Shown here: piece by piece, positions 1-8,731 of the stretch | Layout of the letters: each line of letters starts with the position of its first letter | Numbering within the stretch: the first letter of the stretch is position 1 | NCBI GenBank assembly: GCA_964583635.1 | Contig: CAZOXB010000001.1 | Location: 1 to 51,061 of the forward strand | From: an uncultured Opitutaceae bacterium | Lineage (GTDB): Bacteria; Verrucomicrobiota; Verrucomicrobiia; Opitutales; Opitutaceae | Direction of reading: 5' to 3' | DNA length: 51,061 nt | Made by a program: the position numbers and the translations under genes | The notes under the pieces: model-generated | What the model saw: the letters and a program-made list of their open reading frames with translations, nothing else | Told to the model about the DNA's origin: nothing | Database searches by the model: none

Positions 1-219
1 CAGGACCCCGGCACCGCCGATGGACGCCAGCAGGGCACGCACGAGCCAGCTGGCCGTTGCCGGATCCTCGTGGCTGATCGCATGATCAATGGTGGCGGCG
101 CCCACCAGCGGCACCAGGTACTGGGCCGCCGTGGCGACAAGCAGGCTGAAAAGCGCCAGGCCGTAACACAGGCGCTGGCCTTTCATGAGCCTCCAAATGG
201 CCTGGAGTTGAGACGTCAT
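1..219 (-). CDS. ABC exporter (ABC_membrane-type TMD), N-terminal fragment; gene runs off the left edge
   Basis: Hand translation of the minus strand from ATG at 217-219: MTSQLQAIWRLMKGQRLCYGLALFSLLVATAAQYLVPLVGAATIDHAISHEDP... This looks like the usual N-terminus and first TM helix of fused TMD-NBD exporters. Codon position 3 is strongly G/C. Absent from the ORF track because the frame is open at the window edge. Confidence 0.45.
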   Translation of the reverse strand, partial: MTSQLQAIWRLMKGQRLCYGLALFSLLVATAAQYLVPLVGAATIDHAISHEDPATASWLVRALLASIGGAGVL

Positions 220-319
220 CAGTATCGGAAAGTCGGATTCGAAGCGGAGGACGGACTAGCGTGCCGGGAAGAGGGCGGAAGGTGCGGACACTGACATGGT
301 TGCCAACCGGAATGTGAGA

Positions 320-946
320 TCAAAGCAGCGGCCGCAGGATTTTCCAGACCGTCTCCGCCACGATGCGATGCCCTTCGGGCGTGGGGTGAATGCCATCGGG
401 AAGGTTGAGCTCCGGCCTCCCGCCCACGTCCTTGAGCAGAAACGGGATGAGTGTCGCTCTGTTGGTCCTGGCGAGAGCGGGATACATCGCGGCGAATTCC
501 TCCGCATACGCAGCCATGTTGCGGGGCAATTCCATGCCTGCGATGACCAGCTTGACGGCGGGGTATTTCTTCCGGACGGCATCGATGATACCCTGGAGAT
601 TGGCCCGGGTGGAGGCGATCGGCAGGCCGCGCAGTCCATCATTGGCGCCCAGCTCGAGGACAAAAATGTCAATCTTCTGACGAAGGATCCATGCAATGCG
701 GCGCAGCCCGCCGGCACTGGTGTCTCCGCTTAACCCGGCATTCACCACGCGATACGGAAGGCCGGCATCGCGAATTTTCTCCTGTATGAGGCCGGGATAG
801 GCGGCGGTGACGTAGTCATCCAGGCCGTAGCCGGCGGTGAGGCTGTCGCCGAAAAACACGATTGTTTGCACTTCGGCTGCGTGTGCCCGCGAAGCAAGCC
901 CGCCGTACAGGCCCAATGCCAGAATGAGGGTGAAAAGGAATTTCAT
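320..946 (-). CDS. tesA: SGNH/GDSL hydrolase, TesA-like arylesterase / acyl-CoA thioesterase I / lysophospholipase L1 (secreted)
   Basis: Signal peptide MKFLFTLILALGLYGGLASRAHA. SGNH blocks FFGDSLTAGYG, GANDGLRG and DGIHPTPEGH are present. Lies divergent from ybbA-ybbP-like genes, as in E. coli. Start moved to ATG 944-946 (M17 of the track ORF). Confidence 0.8.
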   Translation of the reverse strand: MKFLFTLILALGLYGGLASRAHAAEVQTIVFFGDSLTAGYGLDDYVTAAYPGLIQEKIRDAGLPYRVVNAGLSGDTSAGGLRRIAWILRQKIDIFVLELGANDGLRGLPIASTRANLQGIIDAVRKKYPAVKLVIAGMELPRNMAAYAEEFAAMYPALARTNRATLIPFLLKDVGGRPELNLPDGIHPTPEGHRIVAETVWKILRPLL

Positions 947-1011
947 CGGTTGCGGAAATGGCGCCAGCGGATTTGGTCGCGATCGCGCCACCATTCATGA
1001 CTGTTCACTCC

Positions 1012-1713
1012 ATGCTGAAAGTCGAGCGACTGACCAAGACCTATTCATCGGCCGGAGTGCCGCTCACCGTGTTGAAGGACGTGAGTTTCGGGTTGGAAGG
1101 GGGTGACAGCCTTGCCATCGTCGGCCCGAGCGGCAGCGGCAAGACCACGCTTCTCGGCCTTTGCGCGGGCTTGGATCGTCCGAGCGATGGGACGGTGATG
1201 CTGGCCGGGGAGGAGATCGGTGCGATGACCGAGGACGAGCGTGCGCGCATGAGAAACGAGCACGTCGGCTTCGTTTTCCAGAATTTCCAGCTTATCCCGA
1301 CACTGACGGCCTTGGAGAACGTCTTGGTGCCTCTGGAGCTGCGAGGAGCCTCACATGGTGAGGCCGAGGCGCGGGCGCTGCTCGCGCGTGTCGGGCTGGA
1401 GGCCCGTTGCGACCATTATCCCGTCCAACTTTCCGGCGGTGAGCAGCAGCGTGTGGCGCTGGCCCGCGCGTTCATCAACACGCCGAAGATCCTCTTTTGC
1501 GATGAACCGACCGGAAACCTCGACGGCGATACCGCCCACGCGATGACGGACCTCATTTTCGGCATCAACCGGGAACGGGGCACCACGCTGGTGCTTGTCA
1601 CCCATGACATCGAGCTTGCCCGCAGATGCCGTCGCATCCTCAGGCTGAAGGGTGGCGCGGTGGTGGAGGACATCCTGGTCAGTCCGGCGTCCGGGAGCGC
1701 GGCGGTCCCATGA
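1012..1713 (+). CDS. ybbA: ABC transporter ATP-binding protein, YbbA/LolD-like
   Basis: Walker A GPSGSGKTT, signature LSGGEQQRVALARA, Walker B ILFCDEPTGNLD. Start taken at MLKVERLTKTY (ATG 1012). Stop overlaps the next gene start (ATGA at 1710-1713). Confidence 0.85.
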   Translation: MLKVERLTKTYSSAGVPLTVLKDVSFGLEGGDSLAIVGPSGSGKTTLLGLCAGLDRPSDGTVMLAGEEIGAMTEDERARMRNEHVGFVFQNFQLIPTLTALENVLVPLELRGASHGEAEARALLARVGLEARCDHYPVQLSGGEQQRVALARAFINTPKILFCDEPTGNLDGDTAHAMTDLIFGINRERGTTLVLVTHDIELARRCRRILRLKGGAVVEDILVSPASGSAAVP

Positions 1714-4238
1714 GATTCATCCTGCTCATGGCATGGCGCGACTCCCGTACAGCGAGGCGCCGGCTCGCCTTGTTTTCGCTCTCGATTGTCCTGGGCATTG
1801 CCGCGCTCGTGGCGATCGGTTCCTTCGGCGCCAATCTTCACACGGCCATCGAGGACCAGGCGAGGACGCTGCTGGGGGCGGATCTCGCCGTGCAGTCCCG
1901 CGTCGCCCTGACTCCGGAAGCGAAGGCATTTCTCGACGGGCTGGGCGGCGAGCAGGCGAGGGAGGTCTCCCTGGCGTCGATGGTGGTGTTTCCATCGGCG
2001 GACAACCGGACGCGACTGATCTCACTGCGCGCGATGGAGGGCGGATATCCGTTCTACGGTGAATTCCTGACCGACCCCGCGGGTGCCCCGGCGCGTCTGG
2101 CAACGGGGGAGGCGGTGGCTGTCATCGAGGAAACCCTGATGAGCCAGTACGCCGTCAAGGTGGGCGATCCGATCAAACTGGGGAACTCGACGTTCACGGT
2201 GGCGGGGGCGCTCCGGAAGATCCCTGGAGAGTCCGCGGCCGTGGCCATGCTCTCGCCGCGCATCTTCATTCCCTATTCCCGATTGGCGGAAACCGGGCTT
2301 CTCGGCCCGGGAAGCATTGTCCGTTACAAGACCTATTTCAAATTCAGCCCCGGTACGGACATCGAACGGCTGGTCGGCGACCTCCGCGCGCGCTTCCGGG
2401 AACTGCGACTGGGATTCGATACGGTGGAGGAGCGCAAGCGCGAACTCGGGCAGAGCATGCGCAACGTCCATTCCTTTCTCAGCCTGGTGGGGTTTGTCGC
2501 CCTGTTTCTCGGGGCGATCGGCGTCGCCAGTGCGGTCCATGTCCACGTCCGCCAGAAGATTGCCACGGTGGCCGTGCTGCGATGCCTGGGCGCGAGTGCA
2601 CGCACCGGCTTTGCCGTCTATCTCGTCCAGGGGTTCATGCTCGGTCTGTTTGGCGCCGTGGTCGGTGCGGCACTCGGTGTGGTCATCCAGCTCTCGATAC
2701 CCGCACTGGCAAAGGATCTGCTGCCCTTTGACGTTGATTTCTTCATCGCCTGGAGTGCGGTCTTCCGCGGGGTCGGCGCGGGGCTGGCGATCTGCCTGCT
2801 CTTCACGCTGCTTCCGCTGCTGTCGATCAGGCGGGTTTCGCCGCTTGCCGCGATCCGGGCCTCGGTCGCCGAAGTATCCGACCCCCGCGATCCGCTGCGG
2901 TGGGCCGTGTATGCGGCGATTGTGCTGGCGGTGGGATTGTTTGCGTGGTGGCAGTCACCCCGATGGCAGATTGGCCTCGGTTTTGTCGGGGCGCTGCTGG
3001 TGAGCTTCGGCGTGCTGGCGGGAACTGCCCGGCTCGTTGCCTGGTGCGCACGACGCCTCGTGCCGAAGCGCGCTCCCTACGTCTGGCGGCAGGGCGTCGC
3101 CAACCTGTATCGTCCCAACAACCGGACGGTGCTGCTGCTTCTGGCCCTTGGGCTGGGAACTTTCCTCGTGGTAACCCTTGCCCTGACGCGGGAGACCCTC
3201 CTGGCTCAGATTCGGGGAACCGGGGGCAACAATCGCCCGAATCTGCTCTTCTTCGACATCCAGGACGATCAGATCGCCCCGTTGCAGTCGATCCTCCGCC
3301 GCGAGGGCGCCGGGATCAAGGCACAGGCTCCGATCGTCACCATGCGTCTGCGTTCGCTGAAGGGCCGCAGCGTGGACCAGATCCTCAACGACAATGACGC
3401 GCGCATTCCGTCATGGACCTTGCGCCGCGAGTACCGATCGACATTCCGGAGCAGTCTGTCGTCCACGGAAAAGGTCGTGGCGGGCTCGTTCGACGGAAAG
3501 GTTGCGCCCGATGGGGAAGTAATACCGATATCGATCGAACGCGAACTGGCGAAGGACATGCAAGTCGGGCTCGGAGACCTGATCGGTTTCGACGTCCAGG
3601 GCGTGCCCATGGCGACGCGCATCACGAGCATCCGCGAAGTGGAGTGGCGGCGCCTCGAGCCCAATTTCTTCATGGTGTTTCCCGAGGGGGCGCTCGAGGC
3701 GGCTCCCAAATTCTTTGTGGTGGCGACACGGGCGGAGACGGCGGCGGATTCCGCGCGGCTGCAACAGGCCGTGGTGAGCGCGTTGCCGAATGTGTCGGCC
3801 ATCGATCTCGCCCTGATTCTCCAGACACTCGACGGGATTTTTTCGAAGGTGCAGTTCGTGATCCAGTTCATGGCGCTGTTCACGGTGATCACCGGCGTGA
3901 TCGTGCTGGCCGGTGCGATTCTCAGCGGACGGTATCAACGCCTGCGCGAGGCCGTGCTGCTGCGGACGCTCGGTGCCAGCCGCGCGCAGCTCATGCGCAT
4001 CCAGATGATCGAGTACGCCATCCTCGGCGCCCTGGCGTCCGTGGTGGGCTGTGTTCTGGCGCTCGGTGCCAATGCACTTCTGGCCCGCTTCGTTTTTGAA
4101 ACGGCGGGGATCGTGGCTCCCCTGACGCTGCTCGGAGCGACGGCCGCGGTGATGGCCGTCACGCTTGCAACCGGGCTGCTTTCCAATCGGGGTGTTGCGG
4201 ATCATCCGCCCTTGGAAGTGCTTCGGCAGGACACCTGA
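1710..4238 (+). CDS. ybbP: FtsX-family ABC transporter permease, YbbP-like (large duplicated MacB/FtsX-type)
   Basis: About 840 aa with repeated blocks of TM helices and large periplasmic loops. Starts MRFILLMAWRDSRTARRRL. Translationally coupled to the preceding ATPase. Synteny with tesA. Confidence 0.85.
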   Translation: MRFILLMAWRDSRTARRRLALFSLSIVLGIAALVAIGSFGANLHTAIEDQARTLLGADLAVQSRVALTPEAKAFLDGLGGEQAREVSLASMVVFPSADNRTRLISLRAMEGGYPFYGEFLTDPAGAPARLATGEAVAVIEETLMSQYAVKVGDPIKLGNSTFTVAGALRKIPGESAAVAMLSPRIFIPYSRLAETGLLGPGSIVRYKTYFKFSPGTDIERLVGDLRARFRELRLGFDTVEERKRELGQSMRNVHSFLSLVGFVALFLGAIGVASAVHVHVRQKIATVAVLRCLGASARTGFAVYLVQGFMLGLFGAVVGAALGVVIQLSIPALAKDLLPFDVDFFIAWSAVFRGVGAGLAICLLFTLLPLLSIRRVSPLAAIRASVAEVSDPRDPLRWAVYAAIVLAVGLFAWWQSPRWQIGLGFVGALLVSFGVLAGTARLVAWCARRLVPKRAPYVWRQGVANLYRPNNRTVLLLLALGLGTFLVVTLALTRETLLAQIRGTGGNNRPNLLFFDIQDDQIAPLQSILRREGAGIKAQAPIVTMRLRSLKGRSVDQILNDNDARIPSWTLRREYRSTFRSSLSSTEKVVAGSFDGKVAPDGEVIPISIERELAKDMQVGLGDLIGFDVQGVPMATRITSIREVEWRRLEPNFFMVFPEGALEAAPKFFVVATRAETAADSARLQQAVVSALPNVSAIDLALILQTLDGIFSKVQFVIQFMALFTVITGVIVLAGAILSGRYQRLREAVLLRTLGASRAQLMRIQMIEYAILGALASVVGCVLALGANALLARFVFETAGIVAPLTLLGATAAVMAVTLATGLLSNRGVADHPPLEVLRQDT

Positions 4239-4289
4239 TTCCAAATCGCGATCAAGATGAGGCTGAACTCGAACCGGGAAGGCAGAGTG

Positions 4290-4362
4290 CACCACGGAGG
4301 CGCGGAGAACCCGGAGGTGAATATCCTTGGCAGACATCCGTGCTCTCGGTGCCTCCGTGGTG
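4290..4362. repeat. 73-nt imperfect palindrome with CGGAG sub-repeats (REP/MITE-like element or structured RNA)
   Basis: Perfect 12-bp terminal arms: CACCACGGAGGC (4290-4301) and GCCTCCGTGGTG (4351-4362). Arms extend to about 29 nt each with 5 mismatches in the 17-nt extension. The left arm contains CACGGAGGCGCGGAGAACCCGGAGG, i.e. three CGGAG units. Lies in the 281-nt spacer between ybbP and slyD. Confidence 0.6.
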
Positions 4363-4519
4363 ATACAAGGATCGGCTGGATTCCGGCTCAGTCCCGCCTT
4401 GATAGCCAATTGAAATGAGAATCCGATGCGGAGGGTTGAACGCAAGGGTTCGCGGCCTATTGCGGGCGCGTTGGAATGTGTTGCCAACCCGCGGGGTTTT
4501 CGGGGAGATCAGATCCTTC

Positions 4520-4996
4520 ATGCGTCGAGTCGTCACCTTCCACTACACGCTTCGTGATCCCCAGGGACGCGTCATCGATACGTCCGCGGGAGGGTCGCCG
4601 ATCACCTTTCTGGAGGGCGCCGGGCAAATCATCGATGGCCTCGACGAACAGCTTCGTGCCGTGCAGGCCGGCGTGAAGACGCGCGTGCAGGTGCCCGCCG
4701 CGGCGGCCTACGGGGAGCACGATCCCTCCCAGGTGCAGAAGGTGCTGCGGGCCCTCCTGCCGGTGCAGGGTGACCTGAAGGCCGGGGATCAATTCAAGGC
4801 CGGAGATGACAGGTTTGCCCCGATCGTCACAGTGATCGGCATCGAGGGTGATTCGGTTCTTCTCGACGCCAATCATCCCCTCGCGGGCGTGGATCTCACG
4901 TTCGATGTCGAATTGGTGGCTGCACGTGCGGCGACTCCCGACGAACTGGCGCACGGTCACGTCCATGGTGAGGACGGGGCCTGTCATCACGCATAG
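4520..4996 (+). CDS. slyD: FKBP-type peptidyl-prolyl cis-trans isomerase, SlyD-like, with short His-rich tail
   Basis: MRRVVTFHYTLRDPQGRVIDTS..., IF-domain-like insert, DANHPLAGVDLTFDVELV, C-terminal HGHVHGEDGACHHA. Start moved to ATG 4520. Confidence 0.8.
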   Translation: MRRVVTFHYTLRDPQGRVIDTSAGGSPITFLEGAGQIIDGLDEQLRAVQAGVKTRVQVPAAAAYGEHDPSQVQKVLRALLPVQGDLKAGDQFKAGDDRFAPIVTVIGIEGDSVLLDANHPLAGVDLTFDVELVAARAATPDELAHGHVHGEDGACHHA

Positions 4997-5032
4997 GCCG
5001 GGCCTGCAAAATTTTTCTTCCCCCATCACTCC

Positions 5033-5785
5033 ATGAAAGTTCTCGGAATCGACATCGGCGGCTCCGCCGTCAAGGGCGCGCCGGTGGACGCCACCACCGG
5101 CAGGCTGCTGCAGAAGCGCCTGCGTGTGCCGACGGAAAAGCAGCTGACGCCGGTGCAGATGTCCCGTGCGATCGGTGAAATCGTGCGCCATTTCTCCTGG
5201 GAGGGACCGGTGGGCGTGGGGTTTCCGGGGGTGGTGCGAGCGACCACGATTTACAGTTCCGCCAACCTTCACCCGGCGTTCATTGGATGCAATGCCGTGC
5301 GCCTGTTCCAGAAAACCCTCGGACTCCCGGTGGCGTTGATCAACGACGCCGATGCGGCCGGGCTTGCCGAGGTGCGGTTCGGTGCGGGCAGGAACAGGCG
5401 CGGCACGGTGCTGCTGCTCACGTTCGGCACGGGCGTCGGCAGCGCGCTGTTTGTCGACGGGCGCCTCTATCCGAACAGCGAACTCGGACACATTCCGATC
5501 AAGGGACGTCCTGCGGAGTGGCGCGTTGCCGCCGCCGCCAAGGAGCGCAAGAAGCTTACCTACCGCAAATGGGCCCATCGTGTGAACGACTACCTGCTCA
5601 TCGTGCAGGAGATCCTGAACCCGGATCTGATCATCATCGGCGGCGGCATCAGCAAGGACCACGCAAAGTGGTTCAAGCATCTCAAGCTGGACACCCCGGT
5701 TGTGCCGGCGCGGTTCTTCAATGAAGCCGGCATCGTGGGTGCCGCCCTGAACGCACTGGACCAGCAACCACCAGGCAGGCGTTGA
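5033..5785 (+). CDS. ppgK: Polyphosphate glucokinase (ROK family)
   Basis: MKVLGIDIGGSAVKGAPVD (the GIDxGGSxIKGAxVD motif typical of PPGK), ELGHIPIKGRPAEWRVAAAAKERKKLTYRKWAHRV, IIIGGGISK. Length of about 250 aa fits. Confidence 0.8.
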   Translation: MKVLGIDIGGSAVKGAPVDATTGRLLQKRLRVPTEKQLTPVQMSRAIGEIVRHFSWEGPVGVGFPGVVRATTIYSSANLHPAFIGCNAVRLFQKTLGLPVALINDADAAGLAEVRFGAGRNRRGTVLLLTFGTGVGSALFVDGRLYPNSELGHIPIKGRPAEWRVAAAAKERKKLTYRKWAHRVNDYLLIVQEILNPDLIIIGGGISKDHAKWFKHLKLDTPVVPARFFNEAGIVGAALNALDQQPPGRR

Positions 5786-5868
5786 GGGAGGCAGGGTTGG
5801 CGACGCCGCCTGGCCCGCCCTCCGATCCCATGCCGGTCGCGTGAAACCTGCGAAGCCCGTTTTTGACC

Positions 5869-6873
5869 ATGCCCGCGCCGATTCTCATCGTGGGACAGGG
5901 GATCGCCGGCACGGCGCTCGGTTGGGAGTTTGAACGGGCGGGTTTCTCGTTCGAAATCGCGGACGCCGGCCTTGAGGACGCAGCATCCCTTGTCGCCGCA
6001 GGCATCGTCAATCCCATCACGGGACAACGGTTCGTGAAGAACTGGCACATCGACAGTCTGCTGGAGCCCGCACGAATGTTCTACCGTGAGATCGAAGGCG
6101 AGCTGTCCCTCCGTCTCCGGCACGACATCCGGGTCCGGCGCTTGTTTTCCGGATCCGCGGAGCGTGCCCGCGCGTGCGAAAAGGCGGCCCGCGGGGAGTG
6201 GGCTCCCTATGCGGTTGCCTCGGCGATCGGCGAGGACGGGTTCTGGGTGGAGGGCGGATTCCAGGTTGACCTGCCGGAGCTCCTGCGCGCATCGCGTCAC
6301 CGGTGGATCCGACGGGGCATCCTGCAGGAACGCCGGGCAAACATCGCGGCGGAGGAGGCCCGGCGCGACATCGTCATCCTGTGCACCGGAGCGGGGATTG
6401 AGGATGAATACCCACCGGGCGGCGGCCTGAATCTTGAGGGGGCCAAGGGGGAGGTGATCGATGTTGTCGCCGCCGAAGCGCCGTTCGAGCCGGGCGTCAT
6501 TCGCAACCAGGGTGGGTGGGTGCTGCCGCGGGACCGCTCGTGTGCGCAGGTGGGTTCGACCTATGACCGGACGGCGAAGGATCTTTCCCCCACATCGGTG
6601 GCGCGTGCAACCCTCGCGACCGCATTCAGGCAAATGTATCCGAATACACGGTACGAGATTGTCCGGCAGCATTGTGGCTGGCGGATGTCGGTTCCGGATC
6701 GGCGCCCGGTTGTCGGACGCCTGCGGGGACACGAACGGCTTGGCGTGGTGAACGGCCTGAGCTCGAAGGGGGTCCTGACCGCGCCATGGCTTGCCCGCCA
6801 GTGGGTGCACCATTTGGCGGAAGGGATCGCCTTCGATGCGGAGGTTGCCATCGAACGCTGCCGGCGTGGGTGA
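5869..6873 (+). CDS. FAD-dependent oxidoreductase (DAO family, short form)
   Basis: Rossmann dinucleotide motif ILIVGQGIAGTALGWEFERAG at the N-terminus. About 335 aa. The track start 5863 is TTG; ATG at 5869 is preferred. Confidence 0.7.
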   Translation: MPAPILIVGQGIAGTALGWEFERAGFSFEIADAGLEDAASLVAAGIVNPITGQRFVKNWHIDSLLEPARMFYREIEGELSLRLRHDIRVRRLFSGSAERARACEKAARGEWAPYAVASAIGEDGFWVEGGFQVDLPELLRASRHRWIRRGILQERRANIAAEEARRDIVILCTGAGIEDEYPPGGGLNLEGAKGEVIDVVAAEAPFEPGVIRNQGGWVLPRDRSCAQVGSTYDRTAKDLSPTSVARATLATAFRQMYPNTRYEIVRQHCGWRMSVPDRRPVVGRLRGHERLGVVNGLSSKGVLTAPWLARQWVHHLAEGIAFDAEVAIERCRRG

Positions 6874-6964
6874 AGCTTGATGGAAGCGTGACGCGATTGA
6901 ACAGGGCGCGGGCACCGCCCGATGCCGTTTCGCCAAACGCAGTGTTTCCGGAGCCTTCCCGGGG

Positions 6965-6989
6965 GGATGTAACCCAATGGGTTACATCC
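6965..6989. other. 25-bp perfect palindrome GGATGTAACCCA-A-TGGGTTACATCC between convergent genes
   Basis: Read directly. 12-bp arms around a single central A. Sits in the 173-nt spacer between the FAD oxidoreductase stop and the SDR stop. No flanking T-run. Confidence 0.6.
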
Positions 6990-7046
6990 GCTCGGAGGCG
7001 TTCCTGCGGAAGGTGTGACAGAAAACCACCGGGCGGGGGTACGGAA

Positions 7047-7820
7047 TCAGGCGGAGTAGACGCCACCGTTGATGTCCAGTGTCGCCCCTGTGATGTAGCC
7101 GTCATACTCGCTGGCGAGGAAGACGGCGGCGCGTGCGACATCCCCGGGCGTTCCGGCCCGCGCGAGCGGGGTGCCGGCGACCGTTGCATGGGCGGAGTCC
7201 GAGCTCGTGTGAGTGGCGTGGAACGCGGTTCCGAGGATCAGGCCGGGCGCCAGGGCGTTCACCCGGATTCCCTGGGGCCCCAGTTCATGGGCGAGGGCCC
7301 GCGTGAACGTGAGCACGGCTCCCTTGGAGGTGGCATAGGCCAGCGATCCGGCATGCCCGCCCTTGCGGCCCGCGAGCGACGCAAGATTGACAATCGCGGC
7401 TCCCGGATTCGACCGGGCGCTGGCGATCAGGTGCGGCACCGCCGCGCGGGTGACCCGACGGAGGCTGCCGAGATTGAGTTCCATGACTTCGTCCCAGAAG
7501 GCGTCGGTCGCCTCGGCGAGCGTTTTCCGGGCGACGAGGGAGCCGGCATTGTTGATCAGGATATCGAGTCCGCCAAGGCAAGTGACCGCTTCGTTGACGA
7601 TCTGTTCGCAGCCCGGCGTGGTGGTCAGATCGGCCGCACCCGCCCCGGCGCGGAGTCCCATGGATTTCGCTTCGGCGACGAAACGGTCCGCCTCGGTGGC
7701 GCTGCGATGATAGTGGACGAAGACATCGCAGCCGGCCTGCGCGAGATGCTGGCTGATGGCGAGGCCGATGCCCTGGGCACCCGCGGTGACCAGGGCGCGT
7801 TTCTTGTGAAGTTTGTTCAT
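7047..7820 (-). CDS. SDR family oxidoreductase (3-oxoacyl-ACP reductase / glucose dehydrogenase-like)
   Basis: ALVTAGAQGIGLA (TGxxxGxG), NNAG, and catalytic YATSKGAV (YxxxK). 257 aa. Confidence 0.85.
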   Translation of the reverse strand: MNKLHKKRALVTAGAQGIGLAISQHLAQAGCDVFVHYHRSATEADRFVAEAKSMGLRAGAGAADLTTTPGCEQIVNEAVTCLGGLDILINNAGSLVARKTLAEATDAFWDEVMELNLGSLRRVTRAAVPHLIASARSNPGAAIVNLASLAGRKGGHAGSLAYATSKGAVLTFTRALAHELGPQGIRVNALAPGLILGTAFHATHTSSDSAHATVAGTPLARAGTPGDVARAAVFLASEYDGYITGATLDINGGVYSA

Positions 7821-8000
7821 GGGATGGGTGCGAGCATCCCCATCGACTTGCCGCCGACCGTCAAGGATGGGATGAACCCTTGAATCTGCCGACGGGGAGA
7901 ACGGTCACGGAGGCGGGGCCGGAAAGGGTGAACAGGTTCCGGCATCGGCACCGGTGGCGGAGGAGGTCAGGCGATGGGCGCCTTCCCGAAATCAGGCCGT

Positions 8001-8423
8001 CTATTTTTCGGAAAGATTGGGTGGGGGCAACCCGAGCTTGTCGAAACGGCGTCGGACCAATTCCCGCAGCGCCTCCCTCTTTTCCGGAGGGAGGTCGGCG
8101 CCGATTTCCCTCATCGTGCTGCGCAGTTCTGCAGCGACGTCCAGATTTGCCTGGCGCCGCAGGGATCTCACCCGTTTCGTCATCTCTTCGATTTGTGCGT
8201 GGGCATGGGACGCCTCCGCGGGTGTGAGGTGGAGGGCGGATACCAAGTCGTTGCCGATGCGGGTTGCGGCGCGTTCGCCGGCGGTGGTCACGGAGCCCGG
8301 GGCGCGTATTTCCTGTCGGATCCGCTGAATGCCAAGCCACAGGGTCAGCGAAGCGCCCACGGTGGTTCCCAGGATGAAGATGACCAGTGCCACCAGCCAG
8401 ACCCGCCATCGCGTGGCCGTCAT
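8001..8423 (-). CDS. Membrane-anchored periplasmic Spy/CpxP / heavy-metal-resistance-like helical protein
   Basis: N-terminal TM helix WRVWLVALVIFILGTTVGASLTLWL, then a helical region with LTPAEASHAHAQIEE and LPPEKREALRELVRRRF (LTxxQ-like repeats). Its start overlaps the stop of the upstream gene (ATGA at 8420-8423). Confidence 0.5.
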   Translation of the reverse strand: MTATRWRVWLVALVIFILGTTVGASLTLWLGIQRIRQEIRAPGSVTTAGERAATRIGNDLVSALHLTPAEASHAHAQIEEMTKRVRSLRRQANLDVAAELRSTMREIGADLPPEKREALRELVRRRFDKLGLPPPNLSEK

Positions 8424-8731
8424 TGGGCATCCCCCTGTTCGTCGATGGACATTTCGGCCCAGGAGAGCGCGGGCAAGACTTCGGAAACGTGCCACGTGGT
8501 GATTGCGGCCAGGGTGAGGGCTGAACAAAGGTAGAATGCGAGGGCCCACCGCTTCCCGAAGATATTGGCAAAATCGTCCATCCAGCCGATGGCCGGTGCA
8601 AAGTCGCGGGCGGCGGATCGAACGGCTTGCAGCACGCGGTCGAGCCTGGGCGCCGACGGCCGGTCGGCGCGGGCGCGGGCAACGAGTTCGTTCCAGTCGT
8701 GCCCGGGAGTGGGATCAGGTGAGGAATTCAT
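8420..8731 (-). CDS. Putative anti-sigma factor (small single-pass membrane protein)
   Basis: Placed between the ECF sigma and the periplasmic protein, with ATGA overlaps at both ends. One TM helix (WALAFYLCSALTLAAITTW). No HxxxCxxC zinc motif. Start at ATG 8731 (MNSSPDPTPGHDWNELV). Confidence 0.45.
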   Translation of the reverse strand: MNSSPDPTPGHDWNELVARARADRPSAPRLDRVLQAVRSAARDFAPAIGWMDDFANIFGKRWALAFYLCSALTLAAITTWHVSEVLPALSWAEMSIDEQGDAQ

